A stretch of DNA of 58,837 bases, the filler included, from Catajapyx aquilonaris (lineage: Eukaryota): NCBI GenBank assembly GCA_000934665.2. It is 2 parts of 2 records of this genome, joined end to end, with 100 filler letters (N's around TTAATTAATTAA, not from the genome) between each part and the next. Parts side by side here need not be neighbours in the genome. Positions count along the whole stretch, not along the records: positions 1 to 29,379 come from JYFJ02004808.1; positions 29,480 to 58,837 come from KZ539224.1. One strand, 5' to 3'. Position numbers and translations under genes: made by a program. Below, one piece after another: positions 26,564 through 39,700 of this stretch. A model generated the notes under the pieces. That model ran no database searches and was not told the DNA's origin. It worked only from the letters and a program-made list of their open reading frames with translations. Each line of letters begins with the position of its first letter. Position 1 is the first letter of the stretch.

Positions 26564-27525
26564 GTATCAGGCAGTTATTAGATTATTATTATAGGCGTTT
26601 ATTAGATTCTGGATAAAATATTTTGGAAGCTGTTAATTTCCCCATACCATATTGTTAATGCAATCTCACTGAAGCCCTCGTGCAATTTCAGTTAAAAGGA
26701 AATGTTTACAAGTGTTCATTATGCGGTATTGCAACTTGTTGATTTTCAAGAACGACTGTCAAGTTCTTCAGGTCCACTTCAGCTTTCTCAATGTGACTGA
26801 TGCAACCAAGAATGAACCTCCGATGAGGGATTATTATCAGATATGATTTCACGTATAATATTGGATGCTCATGAGATTATTCTATGCAGAGTAGCCGGTG
26901 TTAGCTCCTCAGTTGGAATGTATGGAATTATTTGATCACATGGGTCAAACTATTCGGACACAATAATGTAATAAAATATAGTGCAATAGTGTTTTTTTTT
27001 GCATATAGGCTACCGATTAAATATTATGTGTGTTGTGGGCAGTTACGTTGGCTGATGTCCGTGAAATTTCTCAAAATATTGTCCATCATGCGGTTCAACC
27101 TCACATTGTACCTGTGAAGCTTTTTGATCATGTTATTGTAATGAAGTTATATGCATCAATACACACATAAATGAAATGTCTGGTTACTGGTTTTTTAAAT
27201 CCGTGCGGGATAATTCCATGCACTTTGACCTTACCCTAATTCTAATGTTATTTTCTGCCAGTATTCCAAGGCTGATCCATGTCTGGACAGGACTTGTGGG
27301 TTAGCGTGGGGTAAGTCCAGGGAGACATAAACTTTTTTTCCAGAACGTCACCTGACATTTTTTGATTTGTGTGAAAGGCACCCAAGATGCCACCAACTAC
27401 AGCAGTGCAATGCGGGATAAATTATGAGAATTTATTTGACTAAATGACACTACATTGAGATTAATGGCATTTTGTGGCGCCATTTCTTTACAATAAGTAC
27501 ATGTGAGAGAGAGCGTGAGTATCGA

Positions 27526-27600
27526 GGTAGTGCAGTGGTCTCGTGGTTAAGACGCTCTCTTCGTAACCTGAAGGTTGAAGGATCGAATCCTGAAAGAAAT
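27526..27600 (+). pseudogene. tRNA-derived sequence (pseudo-tRNA or SINE head)
   Basis: GTGGTCTCGTGGTTAAGAC (A box) and GGATCGAATCC (B box); stems do not pair properly. Confidence 0.55.
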
Positions 27601-27727
27601 ACGTCGTTTCTTTTTATCGCTACGGACCTTTCCCGCTGTTACTTCATCTCTCATTTCACATTTATTTCTCTTTGAACTGCATCTGGTAAATAGGCTAGAC
27701 CTCCTTGCCACCCACAATTTCGTTACA

Positions 27728-27800
27728 GCAGAGCGTGGCTGTGTGGTAACGCATCAGACTCTCAATCGGGAGATGTGGGTTCAAATCCCGAATCTCCTTG
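27728..27800 (+). pseudogene. tRNA-derived sequence (pseudo-tRNA or SINE head)
   Basis: GTGGCTGTGTGGTAACGC (A box) and GGGTTCAAATCCC (T arm/B box); imperfect anticodon and acceptor stems. Confidence 0.55.
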
Positions 27801-27928
27801 GTTGACAGTCAGATAGAAAAAAAATTTGCAGCCGACATCTCTGGCCAAGATGGCGACTGTTTCTTCGCAGTTTCCCCAACACTTCTTCAGAGGTGTGGGA
27901 GGAGCAGCGAAGAGGGGGGGAGGGGTGG

Positions 27929-28899
27929 AGAGGGGGAGGAAAGGGGGGAGGGGAGAAAAATCTTTTTGGAATTTTTAAGACACCTGCTTAATAAGAGGGG
28001 GCGGTCTCTTTTTTCGAAGAAAAAAGTCAAAAATATAAAATGTCCATCAAATGATCAAGTGGCTTCGCTTGTGTTGTCCATCCCGGCAGCCCCCACCCTA
28101 CGCACCCCATAGTGACTACATTTGTCTTATACCAGGGAGTTCCATTCTCAAACCTATCATCCCCCCAAATATTTAACCCTAAACTTTAAACTATAGGTCC
28201 CATAAATTCACCGGCACATGCAAATGATTCGCCACAACTTTTATGGCATTTTCAATGGTTTGTTGCAGGCTGACCTTTGACCTGAAAGCCCCTAGTATTA
28301 GGTTTTTGGTCTGGGGCCAGGCCCTACCTCGGTCTCCATCTGTCGGAGCTCTCGTAATGAGTACCTAATGAGGCGGACTGCTACAGTTCGCTAGCAGGCT
28401 AGGGGCATACTACCTCACATCGAGAGATATACTGTATATCTATGTACTGTGCTCTGTACGATCTCATTACGAGAGCTCCGACAGATGGAGACCGAGGTAG
28501 GGCCTGGCCCCAGACCAAAAACCTAATACTAGGGGCTTTCAGGTCAAAGGTCAGCCTGCAACAAACCATTGAAAATGCCCTAAAAGTTGTGGCGAATCAT
28601 TTGCATGTGCTGGTGAATTTATGGGACCTATAGTTTAAATTTTAGGGTTAAATATTTGGGGGGATGATAGGTTTGAGAATGGAACTCCTTGGTATAAGAC
28701 AAATGTAGTCACTATGGGGTGCGTAGGGAGGGGGCTGCCGGGATGGACAACACAAGCGAAGCCACTTGATCATTTTTATGACATTTTCTTTTTTTGACTT
28801 TTTTCTTCGAAAAAAGTGACCGCCCCCTCCCATTAAACAGGTGTCTTAAAAATTTCCTAAAAATTTTTGTCTCTCCCCCCCCCCTTTTCCTCCCCCTCT
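27929..28899. repeat. Long inverted repeat: ~430-bp arms (27929-28361 and 28463-28899) around a ~100-bp spacer
   Basis: For example CGGAGCTCTCGTAATGAG vs CTCATTACGAGAGCTCCG and TTTAAGACACCTG vs CAGGTGTCTTAAA; arms are nearly identical throughout. Confidence 0.92.
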
Positions 28900-29095
28900 A
28901 TGAGGTAACAAACAAGGGAAAAATAGGGGGACCTAACTCATTTTAGTCATGTCAAATAATTAAATAGTTTTTTAAAAGTTGTTGTATACCTTCAACTGTT
29001 CACTGTTGTTAGATGCGAGGGATTTCCCCTATCATTGTTTTCTTCTCATTTCATTGGGTCCCACACTCCTTCCTTTTGCTGTTTTGCATGACTTT

Positions 29096-29312
29096 AGACT
29101 GCAGTCCGCAGAAATCGCAGCCATTGCGCGTTGTGCCAGAGAGCTGTGTGACCCTGCTGACCACACGCTTGAGTCCAAACAATCCAACCAGACTGCCCCA
29201 CCCAACCAAACCATTGTTGTCCTCCAGGCCGCAACAATCAAGCACTGAAGAGATCCAGGCCTGCGGTGGATCTCGACTTGTCTCCAGGTATTTTTCACTC
29301 GAAAAATTCGTT
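29096..29312 (+). repeat. Second copy of the BTB-gene 5' exon and splice donor
   Basis: Diverged duplicate of 25434-25652, ending about 70 bp before the assembly linker. Confidence 0.75.
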
Positions 29313-29379
29313 CTCAACCCAGGAACCGTGACGTGGGGTTTTTTAGGACCCCATCCATACTTTAATATTTATTAACTTG

Positions 29380-29479
29380 NNNNNNNNNNNNNNNNNNNNN
29401 NNNNNNNNNNNNNNNNNNNNNNNTTAATTAATTAANNNNNNNNNNNNNNNNNNNNNNNNNNNNNNNNNNNNNNNNNNNN
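29380..29479. other. Artificial contig linker (44 N + TTAATTAATTAA + 44 N)
   Basis: Exactly 100 nt, symmetric; the 12-mer places stop codons in all six frames. Confidence 0.95.
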
Positions 29480-31110
29480 CCGAAGGACGTGTCCCACCAG
29501 TCGGGACACAGACTCGTCCTCCTCCGAATCCTTGTCCAGGCTAATGTTATTTCCCAACACTATTCTCACAATCATCGCCAGCCACACCAGGACACGTTCA
29601 AACCACTCCATGGCTGCTGGCTCACTTACCTATTCGGAGCCACTCAAGCACGCTTTGTGGAGCTTATCATTTTCTGAAAAGCACTCAGCAACAGCCATTC
29701 ACCCTTCAATTACACCACTCACTAGTACATATCTGGAAAGCACTTAGCAATGGCTACTGTCTTGGTAAAGGAGATATGACTTGGAATAATTATAGTTGCC
29801 ACTCGAGTAACGGAGAGAGCTATAATTGTACTGTATAGGTCTATCTTTTCTTCTGTGCTTCGTTTACAAATAAATTATTACCTGCTGTGTAAGATAGTTT
29901 CACAGAGGCCATGAATTATTTAATGCAGTGCACTGTTTACTGCTGGGTTGTCAATATCTGCTGGCTCGCTGACATCCGAATTCTGTGTTTCGTAGTACTG
30001 TGGAGTAGAACCTTATCACTATACTTCTGAGAATCACTCAGCCAAAGCCATTAGCTCTCCGAGTCAGAGACAAGTTTGAATTATAGTTGCCAGCATGTAA
30101 TTGATGGAACAATGGGCCACTCTTGCCTGTAGGCCTACTCCACTTTGGTATAATCAACTACTACACGAGATCCTTTGTAAACATATACTACCAGTCGATG
30201 GAAAGCCATGTATAGCTATACAGAGTGTACGCTACAGGGCGTTGTAATGAATATTTTACTCTATTGACGGAGGTATAAGGTATGCTAATGTCGTTGAGTG
30301 TCTTTGCTCACATATACTTTACCAGCCTACTATTAATGCCAGAGGTTTTTTCTGCTGTTTCACTCCTCCTTGAAGGTACTGCCTGTTTTTTTATTTGGCC
30401 ATTTTCATTATTCAAGTAACCTAATATTGTTTAGCTGCAAATAAATGAATAAAGTCGTTAACTATTGGTGGTAAGGTTGTAGACTGGAGGTTTAAGCATA
30501 TATTAATCTAGGTATAGCACAATTATTCGCTCTACAGTACGCCTTCAGGTGCTTGGGTTGGTCGTGAGGCATATATGCTGCTAATGGAGTGTGAATCGAT
30601 GGCCCTCGCACATTCGCCTAATCACACGTTAGGCTCGGTGGGAAATGTACAGTGCCTGCGAGGCATACGAGACACTGCCGGGAACCCAGCTTAACTTGAA
30701 TATCATCAAAATTGTGTGACACTTATTAGAGAATAGGACTAAGGTATGTGTCACGGGTGTGAGAGGAATGAATGCGGAGTCAATAGGCTCTTTTTATAAC
30801 TCAAGGGAAGATTGTTGCGATTTCCAGAGCTTCAATTTTGTTCCACAGTGAATAATTATTGTGACGGTACCGCTGTTGCCTTTTAAAATACGAACCCCTT
30901 GAGACGCTGCATCGAAAATAATGCAAAAATAGGCTAGTTATAATATTCATCGTTATGTATATTATTTCGCAAATATCGTATAGGTGACAAGCAACGACTT
31001 ATTCGTATAATAGGAATTACAGACCCATCAATTATTTATATAATTCTTAAAATTAAATAACATAATATTTACGGTTTAAGTTCATTTGTGGTGTTTACGG
31101 GGTCCAATAG

Positions 31111-31148
31111 TAGCCGCCATCTTGAAGCGGTGTTGCCAAGTTGTGAGT
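31111..31148 (+). promoter_or_regulatory. Probable promoter/first exon of atlastin-like copy 1
   Basis: YY1-like GCCGCCATCTT, RFX-like GTGTTGCCAAG, then a donor-like GTGAGT. Confidence 0.4.
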
Positions 31149-31817
31149 GACACCTGTTCATATGGATTGAATTATTTTGGTTGGTCCTTTTCACATCATA
31201 ATTTTGAGAGTTTACCTGACCTAATTAAGTGACATAACTGAGATTTGATTAGACACGTAACATCAGTTCAAACACTGACAGATATGACATAAAACGCAAA
31301 TACTTTTTCGAGTAAAATTTATTTTTTTAAAGTTCAGTGCATGTAAAACCAAATCCTTAAAAAATGCTATACACCTGTGTGAAATAAAGCTTTTTGTCTT
31401 ACACCCAACTTTTATCAATGCTGGTTATCAAGATTTGACCTTTAGACACAGGCTTTTTCCTTAATGGGTGCATGATGACACTGGTATCTTAAACCGACCA
31501 CTCATCAGACTTTGAACCTGATTCTGCCAAAAGTGTTGACCCTTTGACCTATTTATAGCCAGGTAGTAGTTAATTATTATCAATCTGTTTTTTTTTTTGC
31601 TAATTTTCAAAGAATGCAGATTGATTACTTTTATGTCCATTGGTCTGTGTGGATTTTACTAAGGACCTTGTCGGTACGTTATCTTTTTATCCTGATTTAT
31701 GAGGTGATTAGGGTGATTCTGAACAGTTCATGGTGAGTCGTGAGCACTCATTTGATGTCAGGTATTTTTTCAAGCAACACTGCCTGATGAAAGGGATAGT
31801 CTAAACTACTCTAAACA

Positions 31818-34800
31818 ATGGAAGTACAGGGGAACAAAGGCCAGCCTCGCACCATGGCCACTATGATGGTCGGAACGGTTCCAAGCAAAGTGAGCAAGCC
31901 TGTCACCATAGTGGAGAAGGTAGAAAAGGGCTTCAAGCTGAACGAAGATGCCCTCAGAGAAGTCCTAACGAAGGATCGCATTAAGGACAAACCTGTTGTC
32001 GTGGTGTCAGTAGCTGGGGCCTTTCGATTGGGGAAGTCCTTCATGCTGGATTTCTTTCTGCGATTCATGAACGCAAAGGTCAGTGTCATTAGTAATCATA
32101 ATTACGCTAGGTAGTCCAAGTTACATTGGATTTTTGGCATGCACATAGATGTTACCTGGCTGGATTGGAGCGGAAAACACTCCCTTGGAAGGATTCTCCT
32201 GGCGAGGCGGAACCAAACCCGAAACAACAGGCCTTGTCGTGTGGAGCGAACTTTTCGAGGCAGAGGGACCAGACGGACACCCTGTTGCCGTCCTGTTGAT
32301 GGACACCCAGGGATTATTTGACAACCGGTCCACTGCCAGCGATTGTGTCAACATATTTGCACTCAGCACCATGATCAGCTCAGTGCAGATATTCAACCTG
32401 TCTGGCAACATACAGGAGGACGACCTGCAACACCTGCAGTACTTCACAGAGTATGGTCGGATGGCACTTGAGCAGAGCGGTGAGACGCCTTTCCAGCGAC
32501 TGCTCTTCCTTGTGAGAAACTACACCTTGACTGATGAGTACGGACTTGAAGGAGGCAGAAAATTGCTCAAAGAAATGCTGGAAGTGAAAGACGATCAAGA
32601 TGGAGAACTTCAGATGTTGAGGGAACGCATACGCGAGAGTTTTTCAGAAGTGGATTGCTTCTTGATGCCCCATCCTGGCAAGAATGTGTCCAAGGCAGGC
32701 TTCGATGGGAGTACGCGGTATTTGGACAAAGATTTCAAAGAGCAGCTGCAGGTGCTGGTGCCACACGTGTTGTCGAAGGAGAATCTGGTCGTTAAGAAGA
32801 TCGGAGGAACTGTAATCAGAGTAGAGGAGCTGATTGGCTACATCAGTTCTTACTTTAATGCTCTGAATTCTGATGCATTACCAGAGCCAAGAACATTGCT
32901 GAGGGTAATATTACTGCTGTTAACTTTTTTTACCTTCTTGTTTTTGAACCGACAGTGTACTACAATAATCATCTCAGTGATATTTGCATATGCAGTATTG
33001 AGCTGTATTTTTCTTTACATGTGCCAGGCCACGGCTGAGGCGACAAACATGGTCGCAGTGGAGAAAGCCAAGGAACATTACGACCAGCAGCTATGCGACA
33101 TGTTTGGCGACAGAGACGTGTTCATATATGTGGACGAGGAAACGCTGAAGAATAAGCACGACATAACGGTAGATTCCAGTGTGGACGTGTTCAAGAAATC
33201 TGGGAAGATGGGTGGAGAAGACTTGTGCAATGCATACGAAGGACGGCTGTTACAGGTGTTTGCTTGCTTTTTACTGATATTTAACATGGTTTTTGCTCAA
33301 GGTTAGCTTTAAAAGTTATTAATTAATACCAATTTTCTAATGATATTTGTTATGGAAGATGTACGTCACTGGCGAAGAAATATAGATTTTCAGTGTAATT
33401 TTTTTAAAGAAAAGAATGTCATCAGATATATTTTGAAATATTTCGCCAAATTAGATCTTACCTGTATGGTGTGCTACCTGGGCAGTGTTCCCACAAAAAT
33501 AACAAAAATTCTTCGTTATTTCGCAATTGACCCATGTGCGAAGAGAGAAGCTGATCCTAATTACCAAAACTTTCCATGGCAGGAATTGAGCAAGAGGAAG
33601 GATTACTACAGCCAACTGAACAGAAACAATTACGAAGTGGCCAAGAAGAGCACTGGCGAAGCTGTAGATGCTGCGATAAGGAAGTACAAGGAGTTACTCG
33701 ATGCACTCTTTCCACTTGAGGAGTCGTTTGTAGCCGAGAAGAAATTACACACCGAGCATAGGAATGCAAATGAGAAGAGTCGACAGATGTACAGAGCGAC
33801 AATGAAATTTGGCAGAGAAGATTTGTGGATGGAGCACGAAAAGAAGCTTCTGACGGTACAGTGTCATTATTAATTTTACTACTGACGGTTCGTAACATTT
33901 CTTGACATAACGGATGATCATATGATCTGTTTTAGATCCTGTATGACACATTACAAGCATACGTCACACTCAACCAGAAGAACACCGAGAAGGCAAAGAG
34001 GTTGTACGTTGAACAATCAAAAGCTGAGTACGACCAGAGGATGGGTGAAATCTTTGCAGACAAATCGCTGTTCGTTGACGACTCGGATCTGCGGAAAATG
34101 CACATTGTCGCTAAGGATTTTTGTTTGAAGCTGTTTGCTGGGAAGGCTGGAAAAGTGGTTGTGGAAGAGAACAGGGACAACATGTGTAACGAGGCTACAA
34201 CACGTCAGGAGGACATGCTGAATATGGCCAGCGAAGGAGCTTCTTCGGTGATGCCCAACGATACGCAGCAGAACTTTAGTGATGCAATATCGTGGTGTAA
34301 AGAAGATTACAACTTGCTGGAAATGGTAACGATTATAATTCATCAGATTATTAGAGAATCCACCTGGGGCATATCGATGTGGTGTTCACAACTCAAGTAA
34401 AACATATGAAACATTTCAGGAGTTGGAGAGAATGTATGATCGGTACCTACTGATCAACAAAGGCGTACATGAAACAGCTCACGAGCAGAATGATGGTATA
34501 TTGCAAGCAGCCCTTGTGAGTTACATGCATACTATGGATGCTGCCTGTGAAGACATACGCACAGAAGTATTTGATGCGGGAGAATTAGAACGACAGCATA
34601 ACATTGCAAAGAAATGCAGCATGGACCTGTTTCGGGAGGCGAATAAAATGGGTGACAAGATGTTCATAGAGAGATACCAAGAAGAATTAATTCAAGTAAG
34701 CTACTCCAAAGTGGACACTGTTGTGGAATGTTACTGATGAGTGTTCCTCCCCAGAAATTAGGCCACATGTTCCACATGTTCCACATGTATGTCGGGAAGA

Positions 34801-35475
34801 ATTATGAACGACGTCAGCAGGCACAGAGGGATAACAATGAGGCCGTAACTGCTGCAAAGAAGAACTACAGCATGCGACTGAGAGAGCTCACTGACAAGCA
34901 CCCAAATAAGTTCATCGAGGAGGCGGAGTTGGAGAAAGTAGAGAGGGCCGCAAGAGTTGAGAGTCTGAATATCTTCAAGAAAACCTATAAGATGGGTGGC
35001 GATAAATCCTCAAGATCATATGAAGCTGGACTCAAAGAGGTAATACCAGGGTTTATTTACTTGCTGAACCTTATCCTTTCTGTCAACTTCCTCTTGCATT
35101 TAGGAATGGGACAACACATATACAAATTGCCTTGCGGACAATGCAAGTAAGCTGTCGATCCGCCCGAGCGGTGTTGCTACTGCTGTAGCTGGAGTGTCAG
35201 GTGCAGTGGCAGGTGCTGGTGTCATAACTGTGGTAGGTGCTGGTGTCGTGAATTTGGCATATTCTGTATTGGCTGCATGTACCACGGGTTTTACTGGTGG
35301 TATAATAGGCCAAAACGTTGGAGCAGCGGGTCTAGCGGCTGCAGGCACTATTGGCACTGGAATGGTCGTCGTGGGTGCTCCTGTGGCTCTTGCAGCCACC
35401 GGTGTTATGGCAGCAACGACTATATCCAAGTTCTTCTTAAAGTGTGAACGCACTCAGAAGAAAGTAAAGAAATAA
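31818..35475 (+). CDS. Atlastin/RNF112-like large GTPase with five tandem helical-bundle repeats (copy 1, ~930-946 aa); exons 31818-32078, 32149-32904, 33028-33255, 33583-33855, 33936-34325, 34420-34695, 34755-35039, 35104-35475
   Basis: VVVVSVAGAFRLGKSFMLDFFLR, GFSWRGG..ETTG, LMDTQG, IQEDDLQHLQYFTEYGR, PFQRLLFLVRN, CFLMPHPG, ATAEATN; all introns phase 0; hydrophobic Gly/Ala tail. The start may instead be 31853 or 31863. Confidence 0.9.
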
Positions 35476-36798
35476 TTATAGCACACCTCAAGTTTGGACT
35501 AATCGCAAAGCCTGTCATGGCAATCGAAGATGAGGGGGTTAATGGCAGCATTGCATGCCGCATGAAATGTGACTATCTAAAAAAGCTGATGGTGAATTAT
35601 TATCCAAGTACTGTACTTTTCATGAACATATTCTTTCAACAATTTTTTAATCTTATAAAATTGCAATAAAAAGACAGATGAATGAAGCTTTCCGACACAA
35701 TGTTTTTAACCATGCGTTTTATGTATCCTACCCCACATTGCTTGATGGAGGATTTTTTATTTCATCATAATATAGATGCAGCCCGACTATTTCCTGACTG
35801 CACATTTTGCTGGAGCAGCGAGGAAGAAGATAATTATGTCATGATACACATACGGTTTCATTTGCACAGGTCTAGGTAGTGACTGATTGGCAGAAAAGTT
35901 GCTTATTTTTAAGAACATAGTTTAAGTGATTACTAAAAATGTGTACCCAAATTGTTTCAATACTTTCATTCTTCAGGTCTTACTGCCCGTTTTTTTTAAA
36001 AAAAAACGGGGAATGTTTTGTTTTGCTCTTATTCTTTTTAATGCCTCGTTGGAGACTTTTGGACCAACAATCTGCTTTATACTGCTTTACACATCGAGAT
36101 TGCTAACAAATAAAATTATTTCGGCCCGTTGCATCCCTTGCGATACATCAGTCTCTCTTTGTAATTAATATTGTGGATTGATTAACTTCCAAATGAGTCA
36201 CGACCAGCAACTCCTGAAATAATAAACTGAACATGCTGACATCTCATGCTGAGCCTAATTCGGACACACTGTTAAAAGATAGCAGGTATGTCCTGAACAG
36301 ATGGGGGCACCATTTCGATCCCACGCCCACGTACAATAGAACACAAATTTGAAGCAAATTTTAATTAATTACAAGCCATTCACATATAAAAAAATTCAGT
36401 ACAGTACAGGTAAGAACAAATCATATAAAATATTACACCTGAGAGAAAATAAAGGTTTTATCTTCAAGTGTTATCAAGATGTGACCTTTAGACATAGGCT
36501 TTGACACTCACATTTTTACCCACCCACTCATCCAACCTGGAACATAATTGAGTCTCCCAAAACTTGTTGACCATTTCACCTACTTACAGCCAGGTAGTAC
36601 TTACGTTAATTCTAATAATCTGTTTTTTTACAAATTTTAATAGTGCAGATTGTTTACTTTTGAAGTCCACTCGTCTGCGGGAAATTCCCTCAGGAACCTT
36701 GGGCAACTATCCAAGCATATCAATCACTATCTTATATATTTTTATCCAGGTTTTGGGGAAGATTTTGGTGATTCTGAGCAGTGACTGTGAGTGGTGAT

Positions 36799-39700
36799 AT
36801 GATGCCAGGTATTTCAGGAAATACTTCTGATGTGGGCCGGCCTGTCACCATAGTGGAGAAGGCAGAAAAGGGCTTCAAGCTGAACGAAGATGCCCTCAGA
36901 GAAGTCCTAACGAAGGATTGCATTAAGGACAAACCTGTTGTCGTGGTGTCAATAGCTGGGGCCTTCCGATTGGGGAAGTCCTTCATGCTAGATTTCTTCC
37001 TTCGATTCATGAACGCAAAGGTCAGTGTCGTTAGTAATAGTGGAGAATGATGACTAATTGTAACTTCGCTTCATTTGCATGCACATAGATGTTACTTAAC
37101 TGGATTGGAGCGGAAGACACTCCCTTGGAAGGATTCTCCTGGCGAGGTGGAACCAAACCCGAAACGACAGGCCTTGTCGTGTGGAGCGAACTTTTCGAGG
37201 CAGAGGGACCAGATGGACACCCTGTTGCCGTCCTGTTGATGGACACCCAGGGATTATTTGACAACCGGTCCACTGCCAGCGATTGTGTCAACATATTTGC
37301 ACTCAGCACCTTGATCAGCTCTGTGCAGATATTCAACCTGTCCGGCAACATACAGGAGGACGACCTGCAACACCTGCAGTACTTCACAGAGTATGGTCGG
37401 ATGGCACTTGAGCAGAGCGGTGAGACGCCTTTCCAGCGACTGCTCTTCCTTGTGAGAAACTACAGCCTGACTGATGAGCACGGACATGAAGGAGGAAGAA
37501 GATTGCTGGAAGAAATGCTGGAGGTGAGAGACGATCAAGTTGGAGAACTTCAGATGTTGAGGGAACACATCCGCAATAGTTTTTCGGATGTGGATTGCTT
37601 CTTGATGCCCCATCCTGGCAAGAATGTGTCCAAGGCAGGCTTCGATGGGAGTACACGGGACTTGGACGGAGATTTCAAGGAGCAGCTACAGGTGCTGGTG
37701 CCACACGGGTTGTCGAAGGAGAACCTGGTCGTTAAGAAGATCGGAGGAACTGTAATCAGAGCAAGGGAGCTGATTGGCTTCATCAGTTCGTACTTCAATG
37801 CTCTGAATTCTGATGCATTACCAGAGCCGAGAACTTTGCTGAAGGTACTTATACTGTCGTTGATTTTTAAACTGATTTATGATGATCTATTTTCTTGGCT
37901 GTTTTTGAATCAGCACTGTCCAGTAACATGTCATGTGATATTTAGCCTACATTTAATATGCAGTAGGAATATTTTTTTTCTACATGTGCCAGGCGACGGC
38001 TGAGGCGACAAACACGGTCGCAGTGGAGAAAGCCAAGGCACATTATGACGAGCAGCTATGCGACATGTTTGGCGAAAGAGATGTGTTCGTGTATGTGGCC
38101 GAGGAAACGCTGAAGCATAAACACGACACAGCGGTAGATTCCAGTGTGGACGTTTTCAAGAAATCTAGGAAGATTCTAACTAGTTCGGACCCTCAGCGTT
38201 TTCAATCTGCACTTTGTGACAAGAAGGTACCACTTGGCATGGATGTTCCCTATAGGCCTTTAGGAGTCACTAGCAAGATACCTGGCGTTTCTCGGGTTAT
38301 GAAATACCTTTCCATAGAAGTAACTCATTGATTTGGGGGGAGATGCTGTGGCCGAGATGGTAATGTCTCGGCTTGCTGGGTGAAAGGTCCCAGGTTCGAT
38401 CCCCGCCTGGGAGTTCCCCTTCACTTGCGTCGGGAGGGTCTCTGACCCTCGCCTTGGAGGTGTCTGGTAACCTAACTTCCTGGGGAACAACACACAATCC
38501 CTTTTCAGACATTGCACATGCACTCATGTTCCCTCCCCAAAACTCCCTGTCCGAAAATATATATTTTTCGATATCTAGACTCAAAAAAGGTCAAGTACAA
38601 TGTGGTAAAAACCTTCCCAGTTAAAAACTACCCCTAATAATCCCCCTGGGACATACGTCGAGGTCTCCGTATTGATTAGTTTCGCGAACATACATTGTGA
38701 AATATATCAGATTTGATCGGCCCCTCAGGTCACGAGTTCTGCGATGTTGCCAGGCCATGAGGCTAAAAACATGAAAATGGCCTAACAATGTGATAAAACC
38801 GCAAGAGAACGGCAATAATTATAGAGATCCACTCAGATAATGTATGAAAAGGTAATGCAATGAAATACTGCCTATAAGGGGCACTGAGTATAGCGGAAAC
38901 CTGCCAATATCGGAATTTTGCTGATGAGAATGTGTGTATCTTATATGGCATAGGACACGTGAGGGATATACGGTGACTTCTAACATGTCCATCACTTATC
39001 GATGCATCAGTGTTCACTAATCCAGTAAATCACGTACATTTCAGGAGTTGGAGAGAATGTATGATCACTATCTACTGATCAACAAAGGCTTCCATGAAAC
39101 AGCTCAGAAGCAGAATGAGGGTGTATTGCAAGCAGCGTTTGCACGTTACGTGGAAATTATGGCTGCTGACTGTGGAGACAAAAGCAGGAAAGTTTTTGAT
39201 GCTGAAGAATTATCACGAGAGCATAACGTTGCAAAGACATGGAGCATGAACCTGTTTAGGGAGGCGAATAAATTGGGTGACGACATGTTCATAGAGAGAT
39301 ACCAAGAAGAATTAATTCTGGTGAGTTATAAAAAGTGGATATTACTGGCACATTACTGATGAATGTTCCTCCCAGAAATTAGACCTCAAGTTCCAGATGT
39401 ATGTTGGGAATAATGATGAAAGACGTCGGCAGGCAGAGAGGGATAATGATGCGGCCATGACTGCTGCAAAGGAGCACTACTGCATGCGCCTGAGACAGAT
39501 CACTGACCTGCACCCAAATGAGTTCATCGACGAGGCGGACTTAATGAGAGTAAATAGGACTGCAAGTGATGCGAGTATGAATATCTTCAGGAATATGGAG
39601 ATGGGCGGGGAAAGATTTTCAAGGCCATATGAGGATCAACTCAGACAGGTAATATAATCCGTCTGTTTTTATGACCACAAATCTGTCAACTTCTCTTGCA

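Noticed and set aside
27526..27800. Functional tRNA genes
   Set aside because: A/B boxes are present but acceptor and anticodon stems do not pair.
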